From an uncultured Oleispira sp. (GTDB lineage Bacteria; Pseudomonadota; Gammaproteobacteria; Pseudomonadales; Oceanobacteraceae): DNA of 64,000 nucleotides. The translations under genes were made by a program, and so were the position numbers. Below, piece by piece: positions 10,144 through 18,991 of the stretch. The stretch lies in NCBI GenBank assembly GCA_913061415.1, contig CAJXUD010000006.1, positions 63,505-127,504 on the forward strand. Reading direction: 5' to 3'. The notes under the pieces were generated by a model. It was given only the letters and a program-made list of their open reading frames with translations. It did not search any database and had not been told where the DNA came from. Position 1 is the first letter of the stretch, and each line of letters starts with the position of its first letter.

Positions 10144-10452
10144 TTAATTAAGCTTTCCTTCGAAATCAAGCATTTTTCCTGCCAACTGTTGATAATCTAT
10201 TTTATATTCACCACTATCGATAGCACTGCGGATGCGATCAATGGTTTTATCATCGACATCAGGCATCTTGCTCACTTCAGCTTCAATTTGCTGAATGTTC
10301 ATGCTGCTGGAGCTCAATTTTACTTGATCGCCACTGCTGACATTCGCCGTCGTTTTACTATTTTCTTCTGTTTTTTGGTTTTGTTGGCTGGCAGCATCAG
10401 TTTTTGCTCTGCTCCCGCCATCAAGACCACTTGTTAACTTATTGATATTCAT
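10144..10452 (-). CDS. flgM: Anti-sigma-28 factor FlgM
   Basis: C-terminus ...DDKTIDRIRSAIDSGEYKIDYQQLAGKMLDFE is typical of FlgM. Start at MNINKL with a GGAGA RBS. Confidence 0.85.
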   Translation of the reverse strand: MNINKLTSGLDGGSRAKTDAASQQNQKTEENSKTTANVSSGDQVKLSSSSMNIQQIEAEVSKMPDVDDKTIDRIRSAIDSGEYKIDYQQLAGKMLDFEGKLN

Positions 10453-10499
10453 GGATATTTCTCCAAGCCATTGCATCTAGTTAGACTCCTATGGGTATT

Positions 10500-10526
10500 G
10501 TATCGGCTATTGCCTTGAGAACTTTA
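10500..10526 (-). promoter_or_regulatory. Sigma28 (FliA) promoter of flgMN(-flgZ)
   Basis: The minus strand reads TAAAGTTC-N11-GCCGATAC, compared with the consensus TAAAGTTT-N11-GCCGATAA. Confidence 0.8.
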
Positions 10527-10547
10527 ATCTTTTTTTACTAAAAAGCA

Positions 10548-11282
10548 TCAATCTATTAAAACTAAGTCAGAGCCTGCGACTCTGCCGTAGAGAACCTTGT
10601 TACTATTGCTATTTTTAACCTTGATTCGATCGCCTTTACGACCCTTTTTTAGGGCGATTCCATTCATGTTTACCGAGAAACCAGGGCGCTCTGCTTTTAG
10701 CGTGATGGCCTGGCCGCGCTTGATGATAATTGGCAAGTCGATCATGCTTGGGCTAATCGCTGTTCCGGCTTTAAGTGAGCGCTTACTAATGTTGCCAAGA
10801 ACGTCTGCTATATCGGTGTAATAGCCGCGTTGCAGATCGCCAATATTACGCTGCTGCAGGGCAATGTTGGTATTATTCACCCGCTGTCCACGCGGCAGAT
10901 GGTCCCGTAAAACGACAACATCACGCCATACTTCAATATCGGCATTCAGCATTAATGACCAACTTGCCCGATGCTGGCAGCTAACTTCAATGCTATTTCG
11001 TCCTAATCTAAGTGTATTTCTAGATACGACACTTAATGGGCTTTGGCACTCTGGGGCTTTATAGCCATCAGGAATTCCCGATATGATGACTTTATTCGTT
11101 GTCCCTGAACGCTGTCCTATGGTTTGCCACTGAGCCAATACCATATCGTTCACATACTGTTCTAATGTTATTGAATTAGGGACCAAATTGGCCTCGTTAG
11201 AGTGGCTAAAGGATGAAAAAAAACTCAAACAGATAAAAAATATTAAAGAGTGTTTATTCAATCTTCCACATTTGCTATTCAT
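10548..11282 (-). CDS. flgA: Flagellar P-ring assembly chaperone FlgA
   Basis: Signal peptide and a C-terminal SAF-like block GQAITLKAERPGFSVNMNGIALKKGRKGDRIKVKN...GRV. Confidence 0.85.
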   Translation of the reverse strand: MNSKCGRLNKHSLIFFICLSFFSSFSHSNEANLVPNSITLEQYVNDMVLAQWQTIGQRSGTTNKVIISGIPDGYKAPECQSPLSVVSRNTLRLGRNSIEVSCQHRASWSLMLNADIEVWRDVVVLRDHLPRGQRVNNTNIALQQRNIGDLQRGYYTDIADVLGNISKRSLKAGTAISPSMIDLPIIIKRGQAITLKAERPGFSVNMNGIALKKGRKGDRIKVKNSNSNKVLYGRVAGSDLVLID

Positions 11283-11408
11283 TTATTGATTCTCAACTAT
11301 GCTAAAAACAATGAACTGTAATTGCTGTGTCATTTTTACGACACCTTGGTCGATTTTATAGAGATACAGCAAACGTCATGCCGAAGACGTTAGCGTTAGG
11401 AGATATTT

Positions 11409-12344
11409 ATGGCAGGACTGATGGAGTCCGTAGATCAGCGAACCCAGCTAGTAGGGGCAAACCGCTTAGAGCTTCTGTTATTTAGAATGGAAGGCCCTCA
11501 GATATACGGTATTAATGTATTTAAAGTGAAAGAAGTTTTGCAATGCCCAAAGATGACGGTATTGCCTCACAGCCATCCTGTTGTTCGAGGCGTGGCGCAT
11601 CTGCGGGTAGGTACTTTACCCATTATGGACCTGAGCCTAGCGACCGGCGGTACTAAGGTTGGGGATGTTGATAATGCTTTTGTTATTATCACTGAATACA
11701 ATTTAAAAACGCAGGGCTTTTTGGTTGGCGGTGTTGAACGTATCGTCAACATGAATTGGGGGGATATTCATCCGCCACCAAAAGGCACTGGTCGTGAGCA
11801 TTATTTAACGGCGGTAACCGAAGTTGATGGAAAACTGGTTGAGATCATTGATGTTGAGAAGGTCTTAGCCGAAGTTTCACCGATGAATGAAACCATGTCG
11901 AATAATGTCGTTTCGGAAGAAGTTGCCGAAGAAGCGAAAGCGCTTCATGTGTTGATTGTTGATGATTCTAAAATTGCACGCAAACAGGTTAGTCGCTGCT
12001 TAGAAGAAATTGGTGTAGAAGTTACCGCACTCAATGATGGTAAACAGGCTTGGGAGCATCTTCAGCAGCTGACAGATTCGGGCATTAGGATTCAAGATAA
12101 ATACTTGATGCTCATTTCTGATATCGAAATGCCCGAAATGGATGGGTATACCTTAACGACCAATGTGCGTAATGATTCTCGTATTTCCGACTTTCATATT
12201 GTATTACACACCTCTTTAAGTGGGGTGTTTAATAAGGCGATGGTAGAAAAGGTTGGCGCTAATGGTTTTATCTCTAAATTTAATCCAGACATCCTAGGTG
12301 ATGTTGTGGTTAAACGCATAGAGCAATTTAAAAAGCCCAAGTAG
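11409..12344 (+). CDS. cheV: CheV (CheW-like domain fused to a receiver)
   Basis: N-terminal CheW-like domain (LLLFRMEG..YGINVFKVKEV) and a C-terminal receiver (VLIVDDS...SDIEMPEMDGY). Confidence 0.9.
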   Translation: MAGLMESVDQRTQLVGANRLELLLFRMEGPQIYGINVFKVKEVLQCPKMTVLPHSHPVVRGVAHLRVGTLPIMDLSLATGGTKVGDVDNAFVIITEYNLKTQGFLVGGVERIVNMNWGDIHPPPKGTGREHYLTAVTEVDGKLVEIIDVEKVLAEVSPMNETMSNNVVSEEVAEEAKALHVLIVDDSKIARKQVSRCLEEIGVEVTALNDGKQAWEHLQQLTDSGIRIQDKYLMLISDIEMPEMDGYTLTTNVRNDSRISDFHIVLHTSLSGVFNKAMVEKVGANGFISKFNPDILGDVVVKRIEQFKKPK

Positions 12345-12440
12345 TTAATAGATAAAAACAGTTAATCGCTAAAACGATTAATTGTTACAAATTAATTATT
12401 AAAAGCTAATTACTAAAAGTTAATTAAAAGATGAGTTAAG
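12345..12440. repeat. Seven quasi-periodic TTAAT(T)-N-AAAA units (13-17 bp spacing) filling the cheV-cheR spacer
   Basis: TTAAT/TAATT/TTAAG cores start at 12345, 12362, 12378, 12392, 12407, 12420 and 12436. Confidence 0.7.
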
Positions 12441-12443
12441 TAC

Positions 12444-13286
12444 ATGAGTTTCTTGATCAGCGCAACGGAATACGATCAGTTTCAACAGAAGCTAGAGCAA
12501 TACAGCGGGATTAAGCTGGGTGATAATAAAGAATATTTAATTACCAGTCGCTTAAGACGCTTATTCGAAAGTGAAAGTTTTACCACGCTTGCTGAGCTCA
12601 ATACTGCCATGGAGCGTAACTTAACATTGAAAGGGTTGGTTATTGATGCAATGACCACCAATGAAACATTATGGTTTCGAGATGACCACCCTTTTAGAAT
12701 CTTCAGTGAAAAACTCCTGCCAGAGCTGGCTAAAACCCGACGACCTATCAGAATTTGGTCAGCGGCGTGCAGTACGGGTCAAGAGCCTTACTCGCTGAGT
12801 ATTGCCGTAGAAGAATTCAAACGAAAAAATCCTGGAACGCTTAGTGGTGATGTAAAAATCATTGCGACGGATATTTCGCCGACGGCTTTAGATATCGCTA
12901 AAGAAGGTATTTATCCACAGTTAGCTTTAAAGCGTGGAATGAGTGATGTTCATTTAAAAAAATATTTTACCCAGCAAGGCGATGATGAATGGAAAATTAA
13001 TGCGGAAATACAGCGTCGCATAGAGTTTCGCTCATTAAACTTGCAAACAAGCTTTGGCGCGTTAGGAAAATTCGATATCGTCTTTTGTCGTAATGTTCTG
13101 ATTTATTTTTCGGCCGACTCCAAGCTTGATATATTAAAACGAATGCATACCACCTTGAATGACAATGGCCATTTGTTTGTGGGTGCGTCGGAAGCGGTTA
13201 ATCAATTATCCAAGATGTATCGCATGCAACAGTTTAATCCAGGGATTTCTTATCAAGCCTTACCACCCGAAAAAAATAGTCGGTAA
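12444..13286 (+). CDS. cheR: Chemotaxis methyltransferase CheR
   Basis: TNETLWFRD, IWSAACSTGQEPYS, VFCRNVLIYF. Confidence 0.92.
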   Translation: MSFLISATEYDQFQQKLEQYSGIKLGDNKEYLITSRLRRLFESESFTTLAELNTAMERNLTLKGLVIDAMTTNETLWFRDDHPFRIFSEKLLPELAKTRRPIRIWSAACSTGQEPYSLSIAVEEFKRKNPGTLSGDVKIIATDISPTALDIAKEGIYPQLALKRGMSDVHLKKYFTQQGDDEWKINAEIQRRIEFRSLNLQTSFGALGKFDIVFCRNVLIYFSADSKLDILKRMHTTLNDNGHLFVGASEAVNQLSKMYRMQQFNPGISYQALPPEKNSR

Positions 13287-13410
13287 GGCTTTGCCGCTCA
13301 CCCATCTCATCTTTTCCGCTTTACTTCTCTTCTGTTCTATCTTGCCGCTTAAAAAAACTCGAAGTCTTCTAAGTTGTTGAAAAACAACGAAATAAAATAA
13401 TTTTAAAAGT

Positions 13411-13426
13411 TGGTATGGCCTTTGCT
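13411..13426 (+). promoter_or_regulatory. Sigma54 promoter of flgBCDE
   Basis: TGGTAT-N5-TTGCT (consensus TGGCAC-N5-TTGCW), 39 nt before the flgB start. Confidence 0.8.
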
Positions 13427-13464
13427 ATAACTCTTACATGCACATTTTAGAAGAGAGTTACGTT

Positions 13465-13866
13465 ATGGGTTCAATCAATTTCAACAATGCTTTAGGGGTT
13501 CATTCCGATGCGATGTTATTGCGCGGCAAGCGTGCAGAAATTTTGGCCAATAACTTAGCCAACTCTGATACCCCAGGATTTAAAGCACGCGATATGAACT
13601 TTCAAGCGATGCTTGCCAAAGAAACTCAATCGGGTATGGCGATGAGCTCAACCAACAGTGCTCATATCTCAATGGGTTCAAATAGCACTAGTCAATCTAA
13701 TCAACTGATGTATCGCAATCCGTCTCAGCCTTCGATTGATGGTAATACGGTTGATACACAGTTAGAGCAAACCATCTTTTCTAGAAATGCCATGGACTAC
13801 AATACAAGCTTTGAATTTTTGAATGGAAAATTCAAAGGCCTTAAATCTGCGATCCGAGGAGAATAA
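13465..13866 (+). CDS. flgB: Proximal rod protein FlgB
   Basis: ANNLANSDTPGFKA block. Start at MGSINF with an upstream purine-rich RBS. Confidence 0.9.
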   Translation: MGSINFNNALGVHSDAMLLRGKRAEILANNLANSDTPGFKARDMNFQAMLAKETQSGMAMSSTNSAHISMGSNSTSQSNQLMYRNPSQPSIDGNTVDTQLEQTIFSRNAMDYNTSFEFLNGKFKGLKSAIRGE

Positions 13867-13868
13867 TT

Positions 13869-14315
13869 ATGTCATTAGGTAATATTTTTGATATCGCAGG
13901 TTCAGGCATGAACGCGCAATCGATTCGACTAAATACCACCGCCAGTAACATTGCCAACGCTGAAAGCGCAAGCAGCAGTATTGATGAAACTTATCGTGCT
14001 CGTAAGCCTTTTTTTGCGGTCATGCATAACGAATTTTTGAATGTGAATAAAGATAACGAATTTCATGCAAAGGGCGACGAAATTGGAGCGGGGGTTGAAG
14101 TACTCGGCATTGTAGAAAGTGATGCTCCTTTGCAGCCAAGATTTCAGCCTGACCATCCGTTAGCGAATGAAGAAGGTTATGTGTATTACCCAAATGTAAA
14201 TGTCGTTGAAGAAATGACGGACATGATGTCGTCTTCTCGCAGCTACCAAATGAACGTAGAAGTACTTAAAACAGCGAAGCAAATGCTGCAACGTACTTTG
14301 ATGTTAGGAGAATAA
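13869..14315 (+). CDS. flgC: Proximal rod protein FlgC
   Basis: SNIANAES near the N-terminus and SSSRSYQMNVEVLKTAKQML at the C-terminus. Confidence 0.92.
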   Translation: MSLGNIFDIAGSGMNAQSIRLNTTASNIANAESASSSIDETYRARKPFFAVMHNEFLNVNKDNEFHAKGDEIGAGVEVLGIVESDAPLQPRFQPDHPLANEEGYVYYPNVNVVEEMTDMMSSSRSYQMNVEVLKTAKQMLQRTLMLGE

Positions 14316-14317
14316 TC

Positions 14318-15115
14318 ATGTCGACTATTGATAATTCAAACCCAGCTTCTTCGGTACTCGATCAATATTCGAATACAGTAAAAAATGCTGATAAGCCTAA
14401 AAGCAATGAGATGGGGCAAGATGAGTTCTTAAAACTGATGATTGCCGAACTCAACAATCAAAACCCTTTAGATCCTCAAGATAATGGCGAATTTATTGCT
14501 CAACTTGCCCAGTTCTCCACGGTAGAAGGGCTGGATAAGTTAAATAATACAACGGAAGGCATGTCGGATGGTATGCGTTCAAGCCAAGCACTGCAGGCTT
14601 CATCTTTAGTGGGGCAGTCGGTCATTGTTGAAGGTAACGACATGGGCTTGCTACTGAATAAAGGCATTGTCAGCAGCTTCAGCGACTTACCAGAATCAGC
14701 CGCTAATTTGACGTTAACCATTGAAGATGAAAATGGTCAGTTGTTGGAACAAATTCCATTAGGCAATCACGAAGCCGGTGAAATGTCGATTCGTTGGGAC
14801 GGACTTAACCTAATGAAAGACGGCGAGATTGTTGATTTAGATTACAGCCAATTGAATCGCCAAGAGTTTTACGTTGATGAAAATGGCGAACAAGTTTTAG
14901 ACGAGGCGGGTAAACCTATTTATGCACCTTACCCTCCTGGTGAATACAGCTTTAAAGTGAGCGGCGGCGTCGGTGGCAAAACAGAAGAGTTTACAACTCT
15001 GATGAGTGCGCGTGTTGATAGTGTCAGCTTAAGCTCAACCGGTTCTGCAACGCTAAATCTTGCCGGTGGCAAGCGTGCAGGAATGGATGAAATCAAACAA
15101 ATTGTTAACGAATAA
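14318..15115 (+). CDS. flgD: Hook capping/assembly protein FlgD
   Basis: QDEFLKLMIAELNNQNPLDP motif and FlgD-type C-terminal beta domain. Confidence 0.9.
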   Translation: MSTIDNSNPASSVLDQYSNTVKNADKPKSNEMGQDEFLKLMIAELNNQNPLDPQDNGEFIAQLAQFSTVEGLDKLNNTTEGMSDGMRSSQALQASSLVGQSVIVEGNDMGLLLNKGIVSSFSDLPESAANLTLTIEDENGQLLEQIPLGNHEAGEMSIRWDGLNLMKDGEIVDLDYSQLNRQEFYVDENGEQVLDEAGKPIYAPYPPGEYSFKVSGGVGGKTEEFTTLMSARVDSVSLSSTGSATLNLAGGKRAGMDEIKQIVNE

Positions 15116-15139
15116 TCGTGGCGTCGTGGAGAAATTATT

Positions 15140-18100
15140 ATGAGCTTTAATATTGGTTTAAGTGGTATTCGCGCGGCTTCCACAGATTTGGAAGTAACGG
15201 GTAACAATGTTGCCAACGCAAGCACCACGGGTTTTAAAGAATCCCGTGCAGAATTTGGTGATGTCTATACCAATACATTGCTCGGTACCGGCAGTAAACC
15301 TGTGGGTAGCGGGGTGATGGTTGAAAACGTTCGCCAACAATTCAGCCAAGGTAATATTAGTGGCACCGAAAATGCGCTAGATATGGCCGTTGATGGTAAT
15401 GGTTTTTTTGTTTTAGAAGATCAAGGTGTTGTTTCATATACACGCGCTGGTTTGTTTGGGTTGGATAAAGATGGCTATATTGTTGCCAATAATAATGCCC
15501 GAGTGCAGGGCTTTGCGGCTAATGGCGAGGGTGTTGTTGGTGGTGTGCTAGGAGATCTTCAAATACAAGTAAGCAACCAAGCTCCAGCATTAACCAGTTT
15601 AGTATCAGCGCAGTTGAATCTAGATGCAGGTGAAGATGTACTGCAAGAGCAAGGCTTAGAGTTAATTGCAAGTGGGCTAGCCATTGGTGTGCCAGATTCT
15701 GGCATTATAGAATCAACGGCTTCTACATTAGTTGCTGCAGGGCAACCAACGACAGCGGGTACTCCTGCCATGGTTGACTGGACTATAGGCACTAATACTG
15801 TGGCGGCAATTGGTACAGCCGGTACCGCAGGTGTTGCAGATATTCAATTTGATATTGGTGATGGTAATGGCCTACAAACAGTTAGCGTACCTGCCATTAC
15901 TGCTGGAACACCGGAAGCGGGTGTATTATCGCAAATTCAAACGGCTATTGATGATGTGTTTGGATCTCAGCAGCTTGCGGCGACAACGTCAGCGACGGGC
16001 GAATTGATTATTCAACGTGCAGGCATTAATGCAACGAATGGCACGAGTTTCTCAACCAATGATATCAGCTTCAATGCGGTATTTGGTGCAAACTCTGGTG
16101 CAGTTCCGGGAACCGCTGGTTCGCAATTATTCGTAGGTTCAACGCCAATTAGTGCGGATTTCCGTTCAATTCCGGGTACTTCAACGACGACTCGAACAAC
16201 GGCTACGCCGCCTCTTGCTCTTGTAGCTTCAAGCCCTGGCGCCCCACATGAATTGACAGCGAACAACCCATACAGTGGTGCTGGTCTAGATTTTAGTGGA
16301 GCCAATGAGTTAGCGTTTAGTATCGCAACGGAAGGTGGTGCAACCTATAACATTACATTGGATGCAGCGACGTTTGGCGGTTCGGCCAACGTCGACGTGA
16401 CCTCAATGGCCAACGCTATTAATGCGCAAATTACTGCGATTGCCGGTGCAGGTAACGAAGAAACCCTTGTGGAAGTTCCTGTTGTATCGGGTCGCCTTAG
16501 ATTTCAAGCTCAAGTCGGGCCAGCAGCCAACGGTGATTTTGTTCAGATAGCCGATAATGCTGGGGCTTCATCGGGTCTTAGTTTAACGGATCTAGGTTTC
16601 TTATCGACCAACCGTTTTGACGGTGGTACAGAGCCTGTTCAAGCCAATAATCAGTTTGCTTTAGAAGTAACGAGTTCGAGCGGTAATGGTGCAGGTCCAT
16701 TTGATATTATTATCCCACCTGCAACTTATGCCAGCCTTGATGATGTCGTGAACGCAATACAGGAACAGATTGATGTACGCATCGGAGCAACCGGATTAAG
16801 CGGTAAGGTAACGGTTGATGCAGTGGGCGGACAATTAGTCTTTACCAATAGTATTACTGGGACGGGTGAGGGTATCGCGATAACGGGCACAGTAGCAGAA
16901 CCTTTAGCCGCTGCAGCGCTTGGATTAGATAGTCTATTTGCTGTTGCTGGTCAGGACGAAATTGATAGATCAAACTCCTTTCGTTTAAACTTAACGGTTC
17001 CTGCTCCTGATGAAGAGAATCGCTCAGGCTCAGTGTTAATTTCATTAGACGAAGAATATCGCTCGGTGCAACAATTGGCGACCAGTATTAATCGTCAATT
17101 GAACAGCCAAAACGCGGATGACTATGTTGGAATTAGAGCGCAGGCCGTTGAAGTATTGCCTAATACCGTACCACCAGAATTTACCTTAGAGCTTGTTGCA
17201 GTAGAAGAAGGTGAAGGCTCTATTATTAGTATTTCTAATATTTCAGCTCCGGGCGAAGAAGTGAATACCAATGACTTATTCGCAATATTGCAATCCAATC
17301 CAGCGAATACTAATTTGTTAACAACCGGTATTGAAGGGGTTAATAACCAATATCCAGAGCAGCAAGTAACGCTTATGGATCCTGAAGGAGCTGAAACAGT
17401 ATTAACGATTCCTGAAGGTACAGAAGCAAACGAAGTAGCCAGTATTTTTAATCAGCAGGCGGGTATTACCTCCATTGCGAATACGGTTATGACTGTGCCG
17501 TTATCCAGCTATAACAACCCGGGTAATACCATGACCCTAACGGTTAATGGACAGGCATTAAGCTCGACCAGTTTGCCGGAAATTGCGGATGAAATTAACG
17601 GCTTCCGTGGCACGACGTTACCAGGGTTTTTAGCGTCTATTACTGAAACTGGCGATCTGATCATTACGAACGAAATCGGTCGTGATGTGAAGTTAGAGAT
17701 CAATAGCACCTCGCCAACTGACAGTGTCATGGTATTAGGAGCTGAAAATACCGGTCCTGTTGTATTGGGTGGAACAGTATCCGCGCCAACAGCCGCGGCA
17801 GTAGGCGGTAGCGTTACGTTCACTTTGAATGAAGGTTATTCTTTGGCGAACCCACAGCCAAGTGTATCGGGATTATTTGGTGCGCTATCGGAAGATGAGT
17901 TCACCCCTGTTATTTTGAATGCGTTTGATCCTACTGATCAAGATACTTACAATCATGAAACGTCGTCCGAGATATTTGACAGCTTGGGGAACAGTCACTT
18001 TATGACGCAGTATTTTGTGAAAGAGCCGCTAGATCCTAGTCGTCCAAATGAACAAAATATCTGGGCTATGTATGTACAGGTTGATGGCCAAAATGTTGGA

Positions 18101-18757
18101 GATCCAGATTCCACATTAGATTTCCCTGAGAACCTTGCCCCTTCGCAAGCTCGTTTTGAATTGTTCTTTAATCAAGATGGAACTTTAGATACTCAAGCCA
18201 CTGGAGACATGTATATTTCTAACTGGGATCCAGTGGACGAAAATGGCGATCCTACTGGGGCGGTTAATTCTGTAAACGTTTTAGAAGGGGGGTTGCCGTT
18301 AACAAGCCCTGCAACAAACTCGAACTTTCAAATTGTATTGGACGGCACTACTCAGTTTGGTAGTTCATTCTCGGTCAGTGATGTGAATCAAAACGGTTAT
18401 ACAACAGGGCGTTTAGCGGGCCTACAAGTTGATCAAGAAGGGATGATCTTTGCGCGTTATACTAACGGCCAAGCACAAGCATTAGGCCAAGTTGCGTTAG
18501 CGAATTTCCGTAACCCTGAAGGATTAACACCATTAGGTGGCACCGGTTGGGCGGAATCATTTGAGTCGGGCGTGGGAACGGTTGGCTCGCCAAGAACCGC
18601 ATCGTTCGGTCAGGTGCGAGCGTCGGCATTAGAAGACTCTAACGTCGATATCTCAGAAGAGCTGGTGGGCTTAATCATCGCTCAGCGTAACTTCCAAGCC
18701 AGTGCTAAGACGATTGAAACCATGGACCAAGTGACGCAGACCATTTTGAATATATAA
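15140..18757 (+). CDS. flgE: Flagellar hook protein FlgE, giant form (1205 aa)
   Basis: Canonical N-terminus MSFNIGLSGIRAAS..NNVANASTTGFK and C-terminus LEDSNVDISEELVGLIIAQRNFQASAKTIETMDQV. An insertion of about 750 aa lies between ...AQLNLDAGEDV and FDPTDQDTYNHETS (about nt 15650-17905). Confidence 0.95.
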   Translation: MSFNIGLSGIRAASTDLEVTGNNVANASTTGFKESRAEFGDVYTNTLLGTGSKPVGSGVMVENVRQQFSQGNISGTENALDMAVDGNGFFVLEDQGVVSYTRAGLFGLDKDGYIVANNNARVQGFAANGEGVVGGVLGDLQIQVSNQAPALTSLVSAQLNLDAGEDVLQEQGLELIASGLAIGVPDSGIIESTASTLVAAGQPTTAGTPAMVDWTIGTNTVAAIGTAGTAGVADIQFDIGDGNGLQTVSVPAITAGTPEAGVLSQIQTAIDDVFGSQQLAATTSATGELIIQRAGINATNGTSFSTNDISFNAVFGANSGAVPGTAGSQLFVGSTPISADFRSIPGTSTTTRTTATPPLALVASSPGAPHELTANNPYSGAGLDFSGANELAFSIATEGGATYNITLDAATFGGSANVDVTSMANAINAQITAIAGAGNEETLVEVPVVSGRLRFQAQVGPAANGDFVQIADNAGASSGLSLTDLGFLSTNRFDGGTEPVQANNQFALEVTSSSGNGAGPFDIIIPPATYASLDDVVNAIQEQIDVRIGATGLSGKVTVDAVGGQLVFTNSITGTGEGIAITGTVAEPLAAAALGLDSLFAVAGQDEIDRSNSFRLNLTVPAPDEENRSGSVLISLDEEYRSVQQLATSINRQLNSQNADDYVGIRAQAVEVLPNTVPPEFTLELVAVEEGEGSIISISNISAPGEEVNTNDLFAILQSNPANTNLLTTGIEGVNNQYPEQQVTLMDPEGAETVLTIPEGTEANEVASIFNQQAGITSIANTVMTVPLSSYNNPGNTMTLTVNGQALSSTSLPEIADEINGFRGTTLPGFLASITETGDLIITNEIGRDVKLEINSTSPTDSVMVLGAENTGPVVLGGTVSAPTAAAVGGSVTFTLNEGYSLANPQPSVSGLFGALSEDEFTPVILNAFDPTDQDTYNHETSSEIFDSLGNSHFMTQYFVKEPLDPSRPNEQNIWAMYVQVDGQNVGDPDSTLDFPENLAPSQARFELFFNQDGTLDTQATGDMYISNWDPVDENGDPTGAVNSVNVLEGGLPLTSPATNSNFQIVLDGTTQFGSSFSVSDVNQNGYTTGRLAGLQVDQEGMIFARYTNGQAQALGQVALANFRNPEGLTPLGGTGWAESFESGVGTVGSPRTASFGQVRASALEDSNVDISEELVGLIIAQRNFQASAKTIETMDQVTQTILNI

Positions 18758-18923
18758 GTCATTCATTAGCCTGCTTCCTATTTTTTGTAGCGGCAATCTT
18801 TCTCGTCTTATCTTCAATAAGGCGGGGCGAGGTTGCCGTTTTTTATTGCCGTTTTGCATCCTTTCTTGCTCTATTTCCCAAAAACTTCCCTTGAAGCCCC
18901 GAATAACCAGACTATTTCAGTTT

Positions 18924-18939
18924 TGGCATCTACTTTGCA
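18924..18939 (+). promoter_or_regulatory. Sigma54 promoter of flgFGHI
   Basis: TGGCAT-N5-TTGCA, 53 nt before flgF. Confidence 0.85.
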
Positions 18940-18991
18940 ATACCTCTAGTTAATAGCAATACACACAGATTTAAGTTTCAGGAGTTAGGTT

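Noticed and set aside
18785-18850. Rho-independent terminator after flgE
   Set aside because: The only complementary segments (cggcaa/ttgccg) are 6 bp long and separated by about 40 nt, so this is not a convincing hairpin. I treat these words as possible regulatory elements instead.
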